DNA from: Limisphaerales bacterium
GTDB taxonomy: Bacteria > Verrucomicrobiota > Verrucomicrobiia > Limisphaerales > SXTU01
Direction of reading: 5' to 3'
Assembly: GCA_009773355.1 (NCBI GenBank)
Contig: WRPG01000001.1
Location: forward strand, 270,529 to 334,528
Length of the DNA stretch: 64,000 nucleotides
Made by a program: the position numbers and the translations under genes. Shown here piece after piece: positions 20,368 to 33,730 of this stretch. Position 1 is the first letter of the stretch. Each line of letters opens with the position of its first letter. A model generated the notes under the pieces. The model was not told the origin of the DNA. It was given only the letters and a program-made list of their open reading frames with translations, and searched no databases.

Positions 20368-20825
20368 TCGTCGTCAGCGACACGTCGGTCAGAACGTCGC
20401 TGATTCACATCGGGCTTGCTGAACTGCTGCAACGGCTTCATGGGCAGTCCTGATTCCCCGTGCCGTGCAACTGGAGTTGCTCCGAACCCACGCCATCCTC
20501 CCCGCATTCATCGAAGTGCGGGACGTGGCAGGTCGCGCCCGGGTCGCCGACTTGGAGGCCGAATTGGATTTGGGTGAAGCCGAGGCCATCGTGCTCGCCA
20601 AGGAGGCGAACGCCGACCTGCTGCTGATTGACGAAAAGCTCGGACGGCAAGTCGCGCTGCGCGAGGGGCTCCGCATTGCGGGGCTGGTGGGCTTGGTGGT
20701 CGAGGCGAAGCAGCTCGGGCTGATTATTTCCGTGCGCGACCTGGTGGGCCCGGCTCGAAACGGAGGCCGGCTTCCGGGTTTCTAATTCCGTGAAAGCAGA
20801 AGCGTTTCGTCTGGCTGGCGAATAG
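20364..20825 (+). pseudogene. DUF3368 (PIN-like, COG2405) toxin gene interrupted by two compensating frameshifts
   Basis: The window frame changes 0 then 2 then 0. Segment 1 is MIVVSDTS..LLQRLHG, ending at a stop at 20451. Segment 2 is VLIPRAVQLEL..LDLGEAEAIVLAKEANADLLLIDEKLGRQVA..GLVGLVVEAKQLGLI. Segment 3 is RLETEAGFRVSNSVKAEAFRLAGE, ending at a stop at 20823-20825. The shifts fall at GGG (about 20442) and GGGCCC (about 20750). Confidence 0.7.
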
Positions 20826-20877
20826 TTGCCTCAGTCTCGTTTGCCAGCCCCGGTGTTTCCCGCCATTCTTCCCGCGA

Positions 20878-22056
<1,179 letters not shown>

Positions 22057-22109
22057 ACTTCGGCGTTTAGGGCCCGCATTGTTCGTCGCCAATTCCACCG
22101 CGTTCAACC

Positions 22110-23972
22110 ATGTCCAAGCAGCTGAAACTAGCCATCGAGTCCAACGACGCGGTCGCTGTGCAGTCAGCGTTGAAAACGGTCAAGGACATCAACCGTAAGC
22201 TCCCCGGCTCGGCGACACCCCTTTTACTGGCCTGCGAGTGCGGCTCGGACAAAGTGATCGAAAGCCTGCTGAAGGCTGGGGCCGTGCCGGAAAGTCCAAA
22301 CGCGCTTCCCGAAGACACCGCTTTTGGACGGGCAGCAAAGCACGGCCACCTCGGGGTCCTCGGAAGCCTTCTTGAAGCCAATGCGGCATCCGCTGGAAAC
22401 ATTGAGCAAGCGGTTGAATCGGCTGTGATGGAAGCTCGGGAGACTGTGGTGCGATTCGTATTGGAACAAGGCCGGATCAAGGCGACGACCAAGCTTCTTC
22501 GGCTGGCCACCTACCCAAACAGCATCTCGCTTGTGAAGCTGCTCCTTGGTCATGGGGTGGACATCAATGCCTGCGAACAAGGCGCCGCCGGGAACGATGG
22601 AACGGTGCTGCACTTCGCGGCCGGTTCGGGTGACGAGGTCAGCATAAAAATATTGCTTGAGTGCGGTGCCAATGCGAACTCCCGCGATGCCATCGGGCAG
22701 ACGCCCCTGATGGCATTGGCAGGGCAGTTGGACTGGCGAATTCGGAAGAGTTCCGTCGCGGCCTGCCAAGCGGCGGTTGAAGCCCTGCTCAGGGGCGGGG
22801 CCGATGCCACCGCCGTGGATTGCCACGGGAATGATGCCCTCGCCTACTATGAATTCGAGGCCCGCCGGGATGGGGCAAAGCCTCATCGTGACCTGGCGCA
22901 AACACTCCGCGACGCGGGCGCAGTCGGCTTGGGCGCCACTTTCCTGCTGGTTGAAGCAATCGGCGAGAACTCCGCAGTCAAAGCGAGAAAAGCCATAGGA
23001 CTTGGTGCAGACGTTAATCGCATTTCTCCTCCTCCCTGCGGCGTGACTCCATTGGTCATGGCGAGCGGCTCGACAGAACTGGTGGAACTGCTTCTGGGCG
23101 CTGGGGCGGATCCAAATATGCCCGGATATCACTCGTTGCCGTTGGTGGCAGCCGTAGGGAGCGGCAATTTCGAAGCCGTCAAACTTCTGCTTAAGGCCGG
23201 CGCGCATCTCCACGCGGTCGAACCGCTTCACGAAGGAGATCCGTTGGGAATCAACGCCTACCTGAGAGCGAAAATGGATCAGCACACAGAACTGCTGGAA
23301 TACCTCATCGCTTTGGGCGCTGGTCTGCCGAAACCTGCGAAGGTGAATCACATCGAGCCTGGAGTCCCGAATTGGAATGATTTCTCCGAGCTGCTGGTGA
23401 AAGGCTCCCCGCAAGCTGTGGCGGACGCGCTTGCCGGCCTCGTGTCCGGCCAAGCATACACCAAGGCGCTCGGAAAAACTTTTCACCCGGGGGTGACCTC
23501 CTTTGTGGTAGTCCGACCCAAAGGACTTGCTTGGAGCCATGTCTTCCGCGTTAGTCCAGCCGCCGACCGTTTTGAAGACACCGAAGCGGCAACCCGGCAG
23601 GCTCTCCAACTTCATCAGGCAACCAATTCGCCGGTGCTGTCCATCATGTATAGCGACACTTCGGATGCCGTCTCGCTGCGGCGCTGGGGCCTGGGCGCGA
23701 CAGACCCCAACGACGACGGGTGCGATCATGAGTCGCTGCGTGAACTGGTCGAAGCAATGGGTAAGGGGGCTCCGGCCTGGGCAAGAAAGCGCCTTGCGGA
23801 AACCTGTGAGGGCGACCCGCCAAGCACCGAGCGGCTTGATCAGCTCGCAAAGCGGGAGAATTTCGTAGCCGGTGCTTTCAATATCGCATGCGAAGCGGAT
23901 GGCAGACTTGTGGTTGAATTCCCTGGTTTCACCTTGGAACAGTTCGAGGATGCAGTGTTTGTCACCACCTGA
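22110..23972 (+). CDS. Ankyrin-repeat protein with ~200-aa C-terminal domain of unknown function
   Basis: 620-aa ORF with repeated ANK motifs (TPLLLACECGSDKVIESLLKAGA; GTVLHFAAGSGDEVSIKILLECGANANSRD; TPLVMASGSTELVELLLGAGADPN; LPLVAAVGSGNFEAVKLLLKAGAHL). GC is lower than in the neighbouring genes. Confidence 0.85.
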   Translation: MSKQLKLAIESNDAVAVQSALKTVKDINRKLPGSATPLLLACECGSDKVIESLLKAGAVPESPNALPEDTAFGRAAKHGHLGVLGSLLEANAASAGNIEQAVESAVMEARETVVRFVLEQGRIKATTKLLRLATYPNSISLVKLLLGHGVDINACEQGAAGNDGTVLHFAAGSGDEVSIKILLECGANANSRDAIGQTPLMALAGQLDWRIRKSSVAACQAAVEALLRGGADATAVDCHGNDALAYYEFEARRDGAKPHRDLAQTLRDAGAVGLGATFLLVEAIGENSAVKARKAIGLGADVNRISPPPCGVTPLVMASGSTELVELLLGAGADPNMPGYHSLPLVAAVGSGNFEAVKLLLKAGAHLHAVEPLHEGDPLGINAYLRAKMDQHTELLEYLIALGAGLPKPAKVNHIEPGVPNWNDFSELLVKGSPQAVADALAGLVSGQAYTKALGKTFHPGVTSFVVVRPKGLAWSHVFRVSPAADRFEDTEAATRQALQLHQATNSPVLSIMYSDTSDAVSLRRWGLGATDPNDDGCDHESLRELVEAMGKGAPAWARKRLAETCEGDPPSTERLDQLAKRENFVAGAFNIACEADGRLVVEFPGFTLEQFEDAVFVTT

Positions 23973-24002
23973 CAGCCATTCTCCTTCACAGCTCTAGCAT
24001 CC

Positions 24003-24890
24003 ATGGATTCGCTCAACCCACTCCCCGAACTCCGCCTCGCCCCCATCGAGTCGGCGGACGACCTCGCCCACCGCGTCGAGCGGGAGCAGCGCAGCGCGAA
24101 CGTGCAGCGCGAGAGCGATCTCGAAAACTCCCTCGCCCCCTTCCGCGTCGGCTCCGTCCCCTACCTCAACGCCGTGCCGCTCACGCGCGGGCTGGAGAGC
24201 CAGATCGAGTTTATCCCGCCCTCGCAACTCGCCGAGAAGCTCCGGCGCGGCGACCTCGACGCCGCGCTGGTCAGCATCACGGAAGTGCTCTTCCATGACG
24301 GTTACGACGTGCTCGATGGCATCGCGGTCGCATCGCTCGGCGAGGTCTTCAGCGTCTTCCTCGCGCACTGCGTGCCGTTGGAGCAGGTCAAAGAAGTCTT
24401 CTGCGACACCGCGTCGTTGACGAGCGTGAACCTCCTGCGCGTCCTGCTGGCCGAACGCGGATTGAAGCCCGTGTTCAAGCCGCTGCCCAGCTACGCCGAG
24501 GCCACCGAGCACGATGCCGTGCTGCTCATTGGCAACCCGGCCATCGAGTTCCGCCGCGCATCGCACCCGCACGAGATTTGGGATCTCGGCACAGCGTGGT
24601 ATGAGCTGACCAGGCTGCCCTTCGTGTATGCCATCTGGGCCTTGCGTCGCGGCAAAGACAACGAGCGTCTCCGCCGCCAGCTCCGCGAGGCGCGGGACTT
24701 CGGCCTCGACACGCTGGACTACACCATCAGCTCGCGCACGGACTACGACCTGAACTTCCGCCGCGACTACCTCGGCTGGCACATCCATTACCACCTAGGC
24801 GCGGACGAGAAGCGTGGCATCGCGAAGTTCATCGAGCTGCTTCGCAAGCATTTGCCCGAGGCCGTCTTCCCCCCCCGGTTCGTGGCGTAG
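24003..24890 (+). CDS. mqnA: Chorismate dehydratase MqnA (futalosine pathway)
   Basis: FRVGSVPYLNAVPL, LRRGDLDAALVS and VYAIWALR motifs. The ~45-aa N-terminal extension may not be translated, so the start is uncertain. Confidence 0.8.
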   Translation: MDSLNPLPELRLAPIESADDLAHRVEREQRSANVQRESDLENSLAPFRVGSVPYLNAVPLTRGLESQIEFIPPSQLAEKLRRGDLDAALVSITEVLFHDGYDVLDGIAVASLGEVFSVFLAHCVPLEQVKEVFCDTASLTSVNLLRVLLAERGLKPVFKPLPSYAEATEHDAVLLIGNPAIEFRRASHPHEIWDLGTAWYELTRLPFVYAIWALRRGKDNERLRRQLREARDFGLDTLDYTISSRTDYDLNFRRDYLGWHIHYHLGADEKRGIAKFIELLRKHLPEAVFPPRFVA

Positions 24891-25003
24891 TCGAGCCGCG
24901 CGAACTTTGGACTTGGAGCGCGGATGCCTTGGGCTAGAGTCACGCCCCGTCAGCAGAATTTCCAACGCGCCCCACGGCGCAGAACCTAAAACATCATCCT
25001 GTT

Positions 25004-25924
25004 ATGCCAGAGAAAATCGGATTCGTCGGAGTCGGTCGGATGGGCGCGAACATGGCGCGCCGGCTCAAGGAAGTCGGTTATCCCGTCACCGCCGTTTATG
25101 ACATGCGCGCCGCCTCCGCGCAGTCGCTCGCGCAGGAGCTGGGCTGTGAGGCGTGCTCCACGCTCGCCCGCGTGACCGCGCTCGCGGATGTCATCATCAC
25201 CGTCGTCACCGACGACCAGGCGATGCGCAACATCTACACGAACAAGCGCGACAACCTGCTCAAGGGCAAAGGCGCTGCCGCCGGCAAGGTCTTCATCAAC
25301 TGCGCCACGATTTCGCCGAAGGTCCACGTCGAGGTTGCCAAGCTCGCCAAGAAGGCCAAGGCCGCGACGCTCGAAGCCTGCATGGCCTCCAGCATCAACC
25401 AGGCGCGCGCCGGCACGCTTTATCTCATGTGCGGCGGCGAGGAGGCCGCCTTCAACCAGGTGAAGGAATTGCTCGTGAAGCTCTCCGACGAGGGCAAGCT
25501 GCTCCGCCACATCGGCACCGCCGGCAAGGCCGCGCAGCTCAAGGCGCTGGTCAACATGGTGATGAACATCAACACCGCCGGCCTCGCCGAGGGTCTCGGC
25601 CTCGCGAACTCCCTCGGCCTCGACCTCAAGACGGTCATGGAAGTCTTCAGCCAGACCGGCGCGAACTCCCGCGTGCTGGTCACCGACGGCGAGGACATGG
25701 TGAACCGCGACCACTCCTGCTTCTTCAGCGCGTCGCACGCCGCGAAGGACAGCGGCATCGCCCTGCGCCTCGCGAAGGAGCAGAAGCTAAACCTCCCGCT
25801 CGCCGACGCGACGTGGCGGCAATACACCAAGCTGACCAAGGTCGGCCTGGGCGAACTCGACAAGTCCGGCATCGCGGAACTCACCTTCCCCGGACGTGGA
25901 CCGAAGAAAAAGGGGAAGAAGTAA
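25004..25924 (+). CDS. NAD(P)-dependent beta-hydroxyacid dehydrogenase family oxidoreductase (HIBADH-like)
   Basis: IGFVGVGRMGANMARRL Rossmann start. 306 aa with a Lys-rich tail. Confidence 0.85.
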   Translation: MPEKIGFVGVGRMGANMARRLKEVGYPVTAVYDMRAASAQSLAQELGCEACSTLARVTALADVIITVVTDDQAMRNIYTNKRDNLLKGKGAAAGKVFINCATISPKVHVEVAKLAKKAKAATLEACMASSINQARAGTLYLMCGGEEAAFNQVKELLVKLSDEGKLLRHIGTAGKAAQLKALVNMVMNINTAGLAEGLGLANSLGLDLKTVMEVFSQTGANSRVLVTDGEDMVNRDHSCFFSASHAAKDSGIALRLAKEQKLNLPLADATWRQYTKLTKVGLGELDKSGIAELTFPGRGPKKKGKK

Positions 25925-25942
25925 TCCACCGCAGTTTTCACG

Positions 25943-25979
25943 CGCCGCTTGCCACTCGCTGGCAAGCGGCGTTTCTGTT
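25943..25979 (+). terminator. Rho-independent terminator
   Basis: CGCCGCTTGCCA ctcgc TGGCAAGCGGCG followed by TTTCTGTT. Confidence 0.75.
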
Positions 25980-26035
25980 CCAGAGGCTGAATCTCCTGCC
26001 AATCCTGCGGCCGACTGGCTGAACAGCGCCCTTCA

Positions 26036-28735
26036 CTACTTGGTTGCGACGGCTTCCAGCTTCTCGATGCGGACGGCGGTGATCTTGTATTCGGGAGTCT
26101 TCGTGTAGCGGTCGCGGTGGGACGTGGTGATCTGGTTCAGGAACACGCGCGTGGAGTGGAAGGTGGTGTAGACTTCGCCGGCTTTTACCCGGTCGCTGAT
26201 CTTCACGGGCAGGTCCGCCTCGCCTTGTTCGCTGCTGAGACGGACGGTTTCCCCGTCGGCGAGGCCGAGGCTGGCGGCGTCGGCGGGCGAGAGTTGAAGG
26301 TAGTCGGTGGCGTGGATGCCGTCGTTGGGCGTGCGCGCAGTCTGGGTGGCGGCGTTGTATTGGTAAAGGTTGCGGCCCGTGGTGAGGAGGAAGGGAAATT
26401 CCTTCGTCGTCAGCTTCGGCGGCGCGACATATTCGATGCGGCGCAGCGCGGTGGTCTTGCCGTGGGTGAAATGGTCCGCGTGCAGCGTGCCGGTGCCGGG
26501 ATCGTCTTCGTCGAGGCACGGCCACTGGAGGCCGCCTTGCTTGTCCATGCGCGCGTAGCTAATGCCGGCGGCTTCGGGCCAGAGCGAGCGGACCTCGTCC
26601 CAGATTTCCTCGGCGCTCTTCCAGGCGAAGTGTTCGCCCTTGCCCATAAGCTTGGCGATGTCGCAGACGATTTCCCAATCCGAGCGCGCATCGCCCTGCG
26701 GCGGCACGGCTTGCCGCACGCGCTGGATGCGGCGCTCGCCGTTCATGAAGGTGCCGTCCTTCTCGAACGAGCTTGCCGCAGGCAGGAACACGTCGCCGAA
26801 CTCCCGCGCCGTCTCGTTGATGAAAATGTCCTGCACGATGACGAGGTCGAGCTTCTCCATCGCCCGGCGCGTGTAGTGCATGTTCGGGTTCGTCATCACG
26901 ATGTCGTAGCCGATGGACCACAGCACCTTCAGCTTCCCGGCGTCGGCGGCATCCATCATCTCCATCATGTTGATGCCGGGATTGGTGGAGAGCTTGACGT
27001 GCCAGGCCTGCTCGAACCGTTCGCGGTGCTCGGTGAGCGGCACGTAGCCGGCGAGCAACTTCGGCTCGGAGCCCATGTGCGGCGCGCCCTGCACGTTGTT
27101 CTGGCCGCGCAGAGGATTGATGCCGCAGCCGGGCTTGCCGATGTTGCCGGTGAGCAGCGCGAGGTTCACCAGCGCCATGATGCCCTCGGTCCCCTGGATG
27201 TGCTCGGTCATGCCGAGGCCGTGGACGGAGAGAGATGGTTTGTTCGTCGCGTAAAGCCGCGCGGCTTCGCGGACTTTCGCCGCCGGCACGCCGGTGATGT
27301 GCTCCACCTTCTCCGGCGCAAACTCCTTTACGAATTCGCGATACTCGTTGAACTCCGTCAGCCGCGTGCGGACGAACTCCTCGTCCACCAGCCCCTCCTC
27401 GACAATCACCGCGCCCATCGAGTTGAAGAGCACGACGTTCGTGCCGGCGTGGAGCTGGAGGTGCAACGTGGCGAACTCGCACAGCTCGATCTCGCGCGGG
27501 TCAACGACGATGAGCTTCGCGCCGTGCCGCGCCGCCTGCTTGACGCGCGCGCCGGTGACGGGGTGGCCCTCGGTCGGATTGACGCCCGCGACGAGGATGG
27601 TGCGGGCGAGCGCGATGTCGTCGAGCGAGTTGGTCGCCGCGCCGGTGCCGAGCGTCATCTTCATCGCGGCGGCGGTGGGCGAATGGCAGACACGCGCGCA
27701 GCAATCAATGTTGTTGGTGCCGAGCACGACGCGGGCAAACTTCTGCGCGACGTAATTCTCCTCGTTGGTCCCGCGCGCCGAACTGAGCACGCCGATGCTG
27801 TCGGGGCCGTGCTTCGCCGCGGCCTCGCGCAGTTTGTCGGCGATGAACTGGTTCACTTCGTCCCAAGTGACTTTTTGCCATTCGCCATCGCGCCGAATCA
27901 TCGGCGAGAGCGGGCGGTCCTTGGCGGTGATGTAGTCGAACGCGTAGCGGCCCTTCACGCAGGTGTGGCCATGATTGCTCGGGCCTTCCATCGAAGGACG
28001 GATGGTGGTGATTTGGCCGTCACGCGTGCCGACCTTCACTTCGCAGCCAGTGCCGCAGTAGGAGCAGATGGTTTTCGCCCAGTTCGTCGGCACGCCGCGC
28101 TTGAGGATGCTGATGTCCTCCAGCGCGCCCGACGGGCAGGTGTCCACGCACGCGCCACAGCTCACGCAGCCGCCATCCTGCAACGTCTCGCCGCGCACCG
28201 GGCCGATGCGCGTCTGGTCGCCGCGATTCCACGCCTTCCACACGAACTGCCCCTGCACCTCCTCGCAGATGCGCACGCAGCGGTAGCACGTCACGCACTG
28301 CGTCATGTCCACGTTGATGTAGGGATGCGTGGTGTCCTTCATGAAGGGCACGGCAGGCTGCGGCGCGGTGCGTGAACCGCGCGCCTTCACGTCATATTCG
28401 CGGAGGTAGCGGTGAAATTGTTTGTCAGGAAACTGCGCGACGGCTTCGGCGGGATAATCCTTCGCGAGCAAGTTGAGCAACGTCTTGCGCACGCCGTTCA
28501 CTTCCGGCGAGTGCGTCTGAATTTCCATCCCGGCGCGAAGCTGCGTGTTGCAGGCGGTGACGAGGCCGTTCACGCCCTTGACCTCGACGGTGCAGAGGCG
28601 GCACGAGCCGTAAGGTTGGATGCGGTCGTCGTGGCAGAGCGTCGGCACCTCGACGGCGAGCTGCTTGAGCGCCTGATTGATCGTGAGCCCCTCGGCGAAC
28701 GAGTGCGACTGGCCGTTGATGGTTACTTGAAGCAT
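26036..28735 (-). CDS. Formate dehydrogenase alpha subunit-like molybdopterin oxidoreductase (NuoG-like Fe-S N-terminus + Mo-bisPGD domain), Cys type
   Basis: N-terminal 2Fe-2S and 4Fe-4S Cys clusters (CRLCTVEV; CVTCYRCVRIC; CVSCGACVDTC). Active-site region CCARVCHSPT has Cys, and there is no in-frame TGA. 899 aa. Confidence 0.9.
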   Translation of the reverse strand: MLQVTINGQSHSFAEGLTINQALKQLAVEVPTLCHDDRIQPYGSCRLCTVEVKGVNGLVTACNTQLRAGMEIQTHSPEVNGVRKTLLNLLAKDYPAEAVAQFPDKQFHRYLREYDVKARGSRTAPQPAVPFMKDTTHPYINVDMTQCVTCYRCVRICEEVQGQFVWKAWNRGDQTRIGPVRGETLQDGGCVSCGACVDTCPSGALEDISILKRGVPTNWAKTICSYCGTGCEVKVGTRDGQITTIRPSMEGPSNHGHTCVKGRYAFDYITAKDRPLSPMIRRDGEWQKVTWDEVNQFIADKLREAAAKHGPDSIGVLSSARGTNEENYVAQKFARVVLGTNNIDCCARVCHSPTAAAMKMTLGTGAATNSLDDIALARTILVAGVNPTEGHPVTGARVKQAARHGAKLIVVDPREIELCEFATLHLQLHAGTNVVLFNSMGAVIVEEGLVDEEFVRTRLTEFNEYREFVKEFAPEKVEHITGVPAAKVREAARLYATNKPSLSVHGLGMTEHIQGTEGIMALVNLALLTGNIGKPGCGINPLRGQNNVQGAPHMGSEPKLLAGYVPLTEHRERFEQAWHVKLSTNPGINMMEMMDAADAGKLKVLWSIGYDIVMTNPNMHYTRRAMEKLDLVIVQDIFINETAREFGDVFLPAASSFEKDGTFMNGERRIQRVRQAVPPQGDARSDWEIVCDIAKLMGKGEHFAWKSAEEIWDEVRSLWPEAAGISYARMDKQGGLQWPCLDEDDPGTGTLHADHFTHGKTTALRRIEYVAPPKLTTKEFPFLLTTGRNLYQYNAATQTARTPNDGIHATDYLQLSPADAASLGLADGETVRLSSEQGEADLPVKISDRVKAGEVYTTFHSTRVFLNQITTSHRDRYTKTPEYKITAVRIEKLEAVATK

Positions 28736-30231
28736 GGCTCAATCTCCGTGGGGTAGTAGCGCAGGATGGATTCCGCGAAGCGCGCGAGGCCGGTGCCGTG
28801 ACCGCACAGGCTGGCGAGCTTGAGCGCGACGACAAGTTCACGGCATTCCTGCAAGTCGGCCTTCGTGGCGTCGCCGCCGAGGGCGTTGGCAAAAATCTCT
28901 TCGACGCGTCCGCTGCCGCTGCGGCAGGGCGTGCATTTGCCGCACGACTCGTAAGCGCCGAACGAGAAGACGTGCGCCATCAAGTCCGGGATGGACGTAT
29001 GCTCATCGAACGCGACGACGCCGCCGTGGCCGACGCCCGCGCCGATGGCAGCGAGTTCCTCGAAGCCGAGCGGCGTGTCAATCAGGTGCGGTGGAATGAT
29101 GCCGATGATCGGCCCGCCGATGAGCACGGCCTTGAGCTTGCCGCCGCCGCGCAGTCCGCCACCAATCTCCTCGACGATATGCCGCACCGTGACGCCGAAC
29201 TCAACCTCGTAAAGGCCGGGACGATTGAACAGAGAGTTGAGCGAGAGCGCCTTCGTGCCGCGGCTCTTGTTGAAGCCCAGCGCCGCGTAAGCCTCGCCGC
29301 CGTTCGTGACGATCCACGGCACGTTGACGAGCGTCTCGACATTGTTCAGCAGCGTCGGCTTGTCGAACAGCCCGCGCTCGGTCGGATATGGCGGGCGCGC
29401 CATGACTTCAGGGCGCTTGCCCTCGATGGAGCGGAGCAACGAAGTCTCCTCGCCGCAAACGTAGCTGCCGTGGCCAGTGTAAACTTCGAGATCGAAGGCG
29501 AAACTCTTGCCGCCGACCTTTGACCCAAGCCAGCCCGCCGCGCGCGCCTCGGCGATGGCTTCGCGCAGCACCTGGTTCGCAAGCGGATATTCGAGGCGGC
29601 AGTAGATGTAACCCTTGCTCGCGCCGACCGCGTAGCCCGCGAGGATCATGCCCTCGATGAGCGCGTGCGGATCATCCTCCATCAAGTAGCGGTCAATGTA
29701 AGCGCCCGCATCGCCTTCGTCGGCGTTGGCGACGACGTATTTCTCGCCAGCAGGCTGTGAGGCGACCGCGCGCCACTTGCGTCCGGCGGGAAAGCCCGCG
29801 CCGCCGCGTCCGCGCAGTTGCGACACCTCCACCGCCGCGAGCACTTGCTCCGGCGTGCCGTCGAGCGCCTTCCGCAGCGCCGCGTAGCCGCCGAGCTTTT
29901 CATACGCCGCCAGCGTTCGCGCGCCACCAGCCGCGATGCGACCCAGCACAATGCCGTGCGGGGCGAACACCTTCACCGGCGGACGCGGGTGCGTCTGGCC
30001 CCTGGCGGGTGAGGCGAAGCATTCGCCGAGACAATACACACGCGGACTCTGTGCGTTCGCCTCGGCCCACAGCGACGGGTTGAAGTGACGCGCGGCGAAG
30101 CACGCCGTGCCCTGGCACGCCTTGCCGGTGTGCTCGCCGTGCGGCAGGTGGTAGAACGACTCGACGTCGGCGGAGAGCGCGTGCCGGGGACGGGCCAGGT
30201 TGACGCGGGGAAGGGTGGCCGTGGCGTGCAT
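28723..30231 (-). CDS. NuoF-like NAD/FMN/4Fe-4S subunit (formate dehydrogenase beta, FdsB-like)
   Basis: GRGGAGFPAGRKW (FMN/NADH site) and ESCGKCTPCR (4Fe-4S). Overlaps the downstream alpha gene by 13 nt. I prefer the start at ATG 30231; the track start is 30270. Confidence 0.85.
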   Translation of the reverse strand: MHATATLPRVNLARPRHALSADVESFYHLPHGEHTGKACQGTACFAARHFNPSLWAEANAQSPRVYCLGECFASPARGQTHPRPPVKVFAPHGIVLGRIAAGGARTLAAYEKLGGYAALRKALDGTPEQVLAAVEVSQLRGRGGAGFPAGRKWRAVASQPAGEKYVVANADEGDAGAYIDRYLMEDDPHALIEGMILAGYAVGASKGYIYCRLEYPLANQVLREAIAEARAAGWLGSKVGGKSFAFDLEVYTGHGSYVCGEETSLLRSIEGKRPEVMARPPYPTERGLFDKPTLLNNVETLVNVPWIVTNGGEAYAALGFNKSRGTKALSLNSLFNRPGLYEVEFGVTVRHIVEEIGGGLRGGGKLKAVLIGGPIIGIIPPHLIDTPLGFEELAAIGAGVGHGGVVAFDEHTSIPDLMAHVFSFGAYESCGKCTPCRSGSGRVEEIFANALGGDATKADLQECRELVVALKLASLCGHGTGLARFAESILRYYPTEIEPCFK

Positions 30232-30454
30232 GGTTTCAGTGCGTGGACCGCCCGCTCCGGGCCGCGCCATGTCCGCTGCCGGCGCGGTTCCGGGCGACTT
30301 GCTCTGACGAGGCGTTCATTTCGGTTGAGCATCCGCACCCACGGGCGCGCTGCAACTTTTTTTAACTGACCGGCGACAGTTTTTCACCCGTGACACCCGT
30401 TTGATCCCCGTGACGGAGACGGGCGAGGAGGTGGGGGGAGTGCGGGCGTCCGGC

Positions 30455-33605
<3,151 letters not shown>

Positions 33606-33730
33606 GGAACGCCCTCACCGCCAATGTTCCGCTGATGACAACGCAAGCCCGGGGATGACTGTGCGTGGCTGGGTTGGGACGGAGGATTGCCAGAGTTTGG
33701 CACCGCCGTGGCGCACCGCCTGCCATGCCT

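Noticed and set aside
22224-23729. 501-aa antisense ORF opposite the lower-GC ankyrin gene
   Set aside because: I checked the frame. It is the codon-aligned antisense frame, bounded by a sense TTA codon at 22224-22226. The ANK gene simply uses no TTA/CTA/TCA codon for about 500 codons. The translation is Arg/Gly/His/Cys-rich and motif-free, while the sense strand has unmistakable ANK repeats.
26036-28735. Selenocysteine recoding in the formate-dehydrogenase-like gene
   Set aside because: The ORF is uninterrupted, and the active-site position reads Cys (ARVCHSPT) rather than an in-frame TGA.
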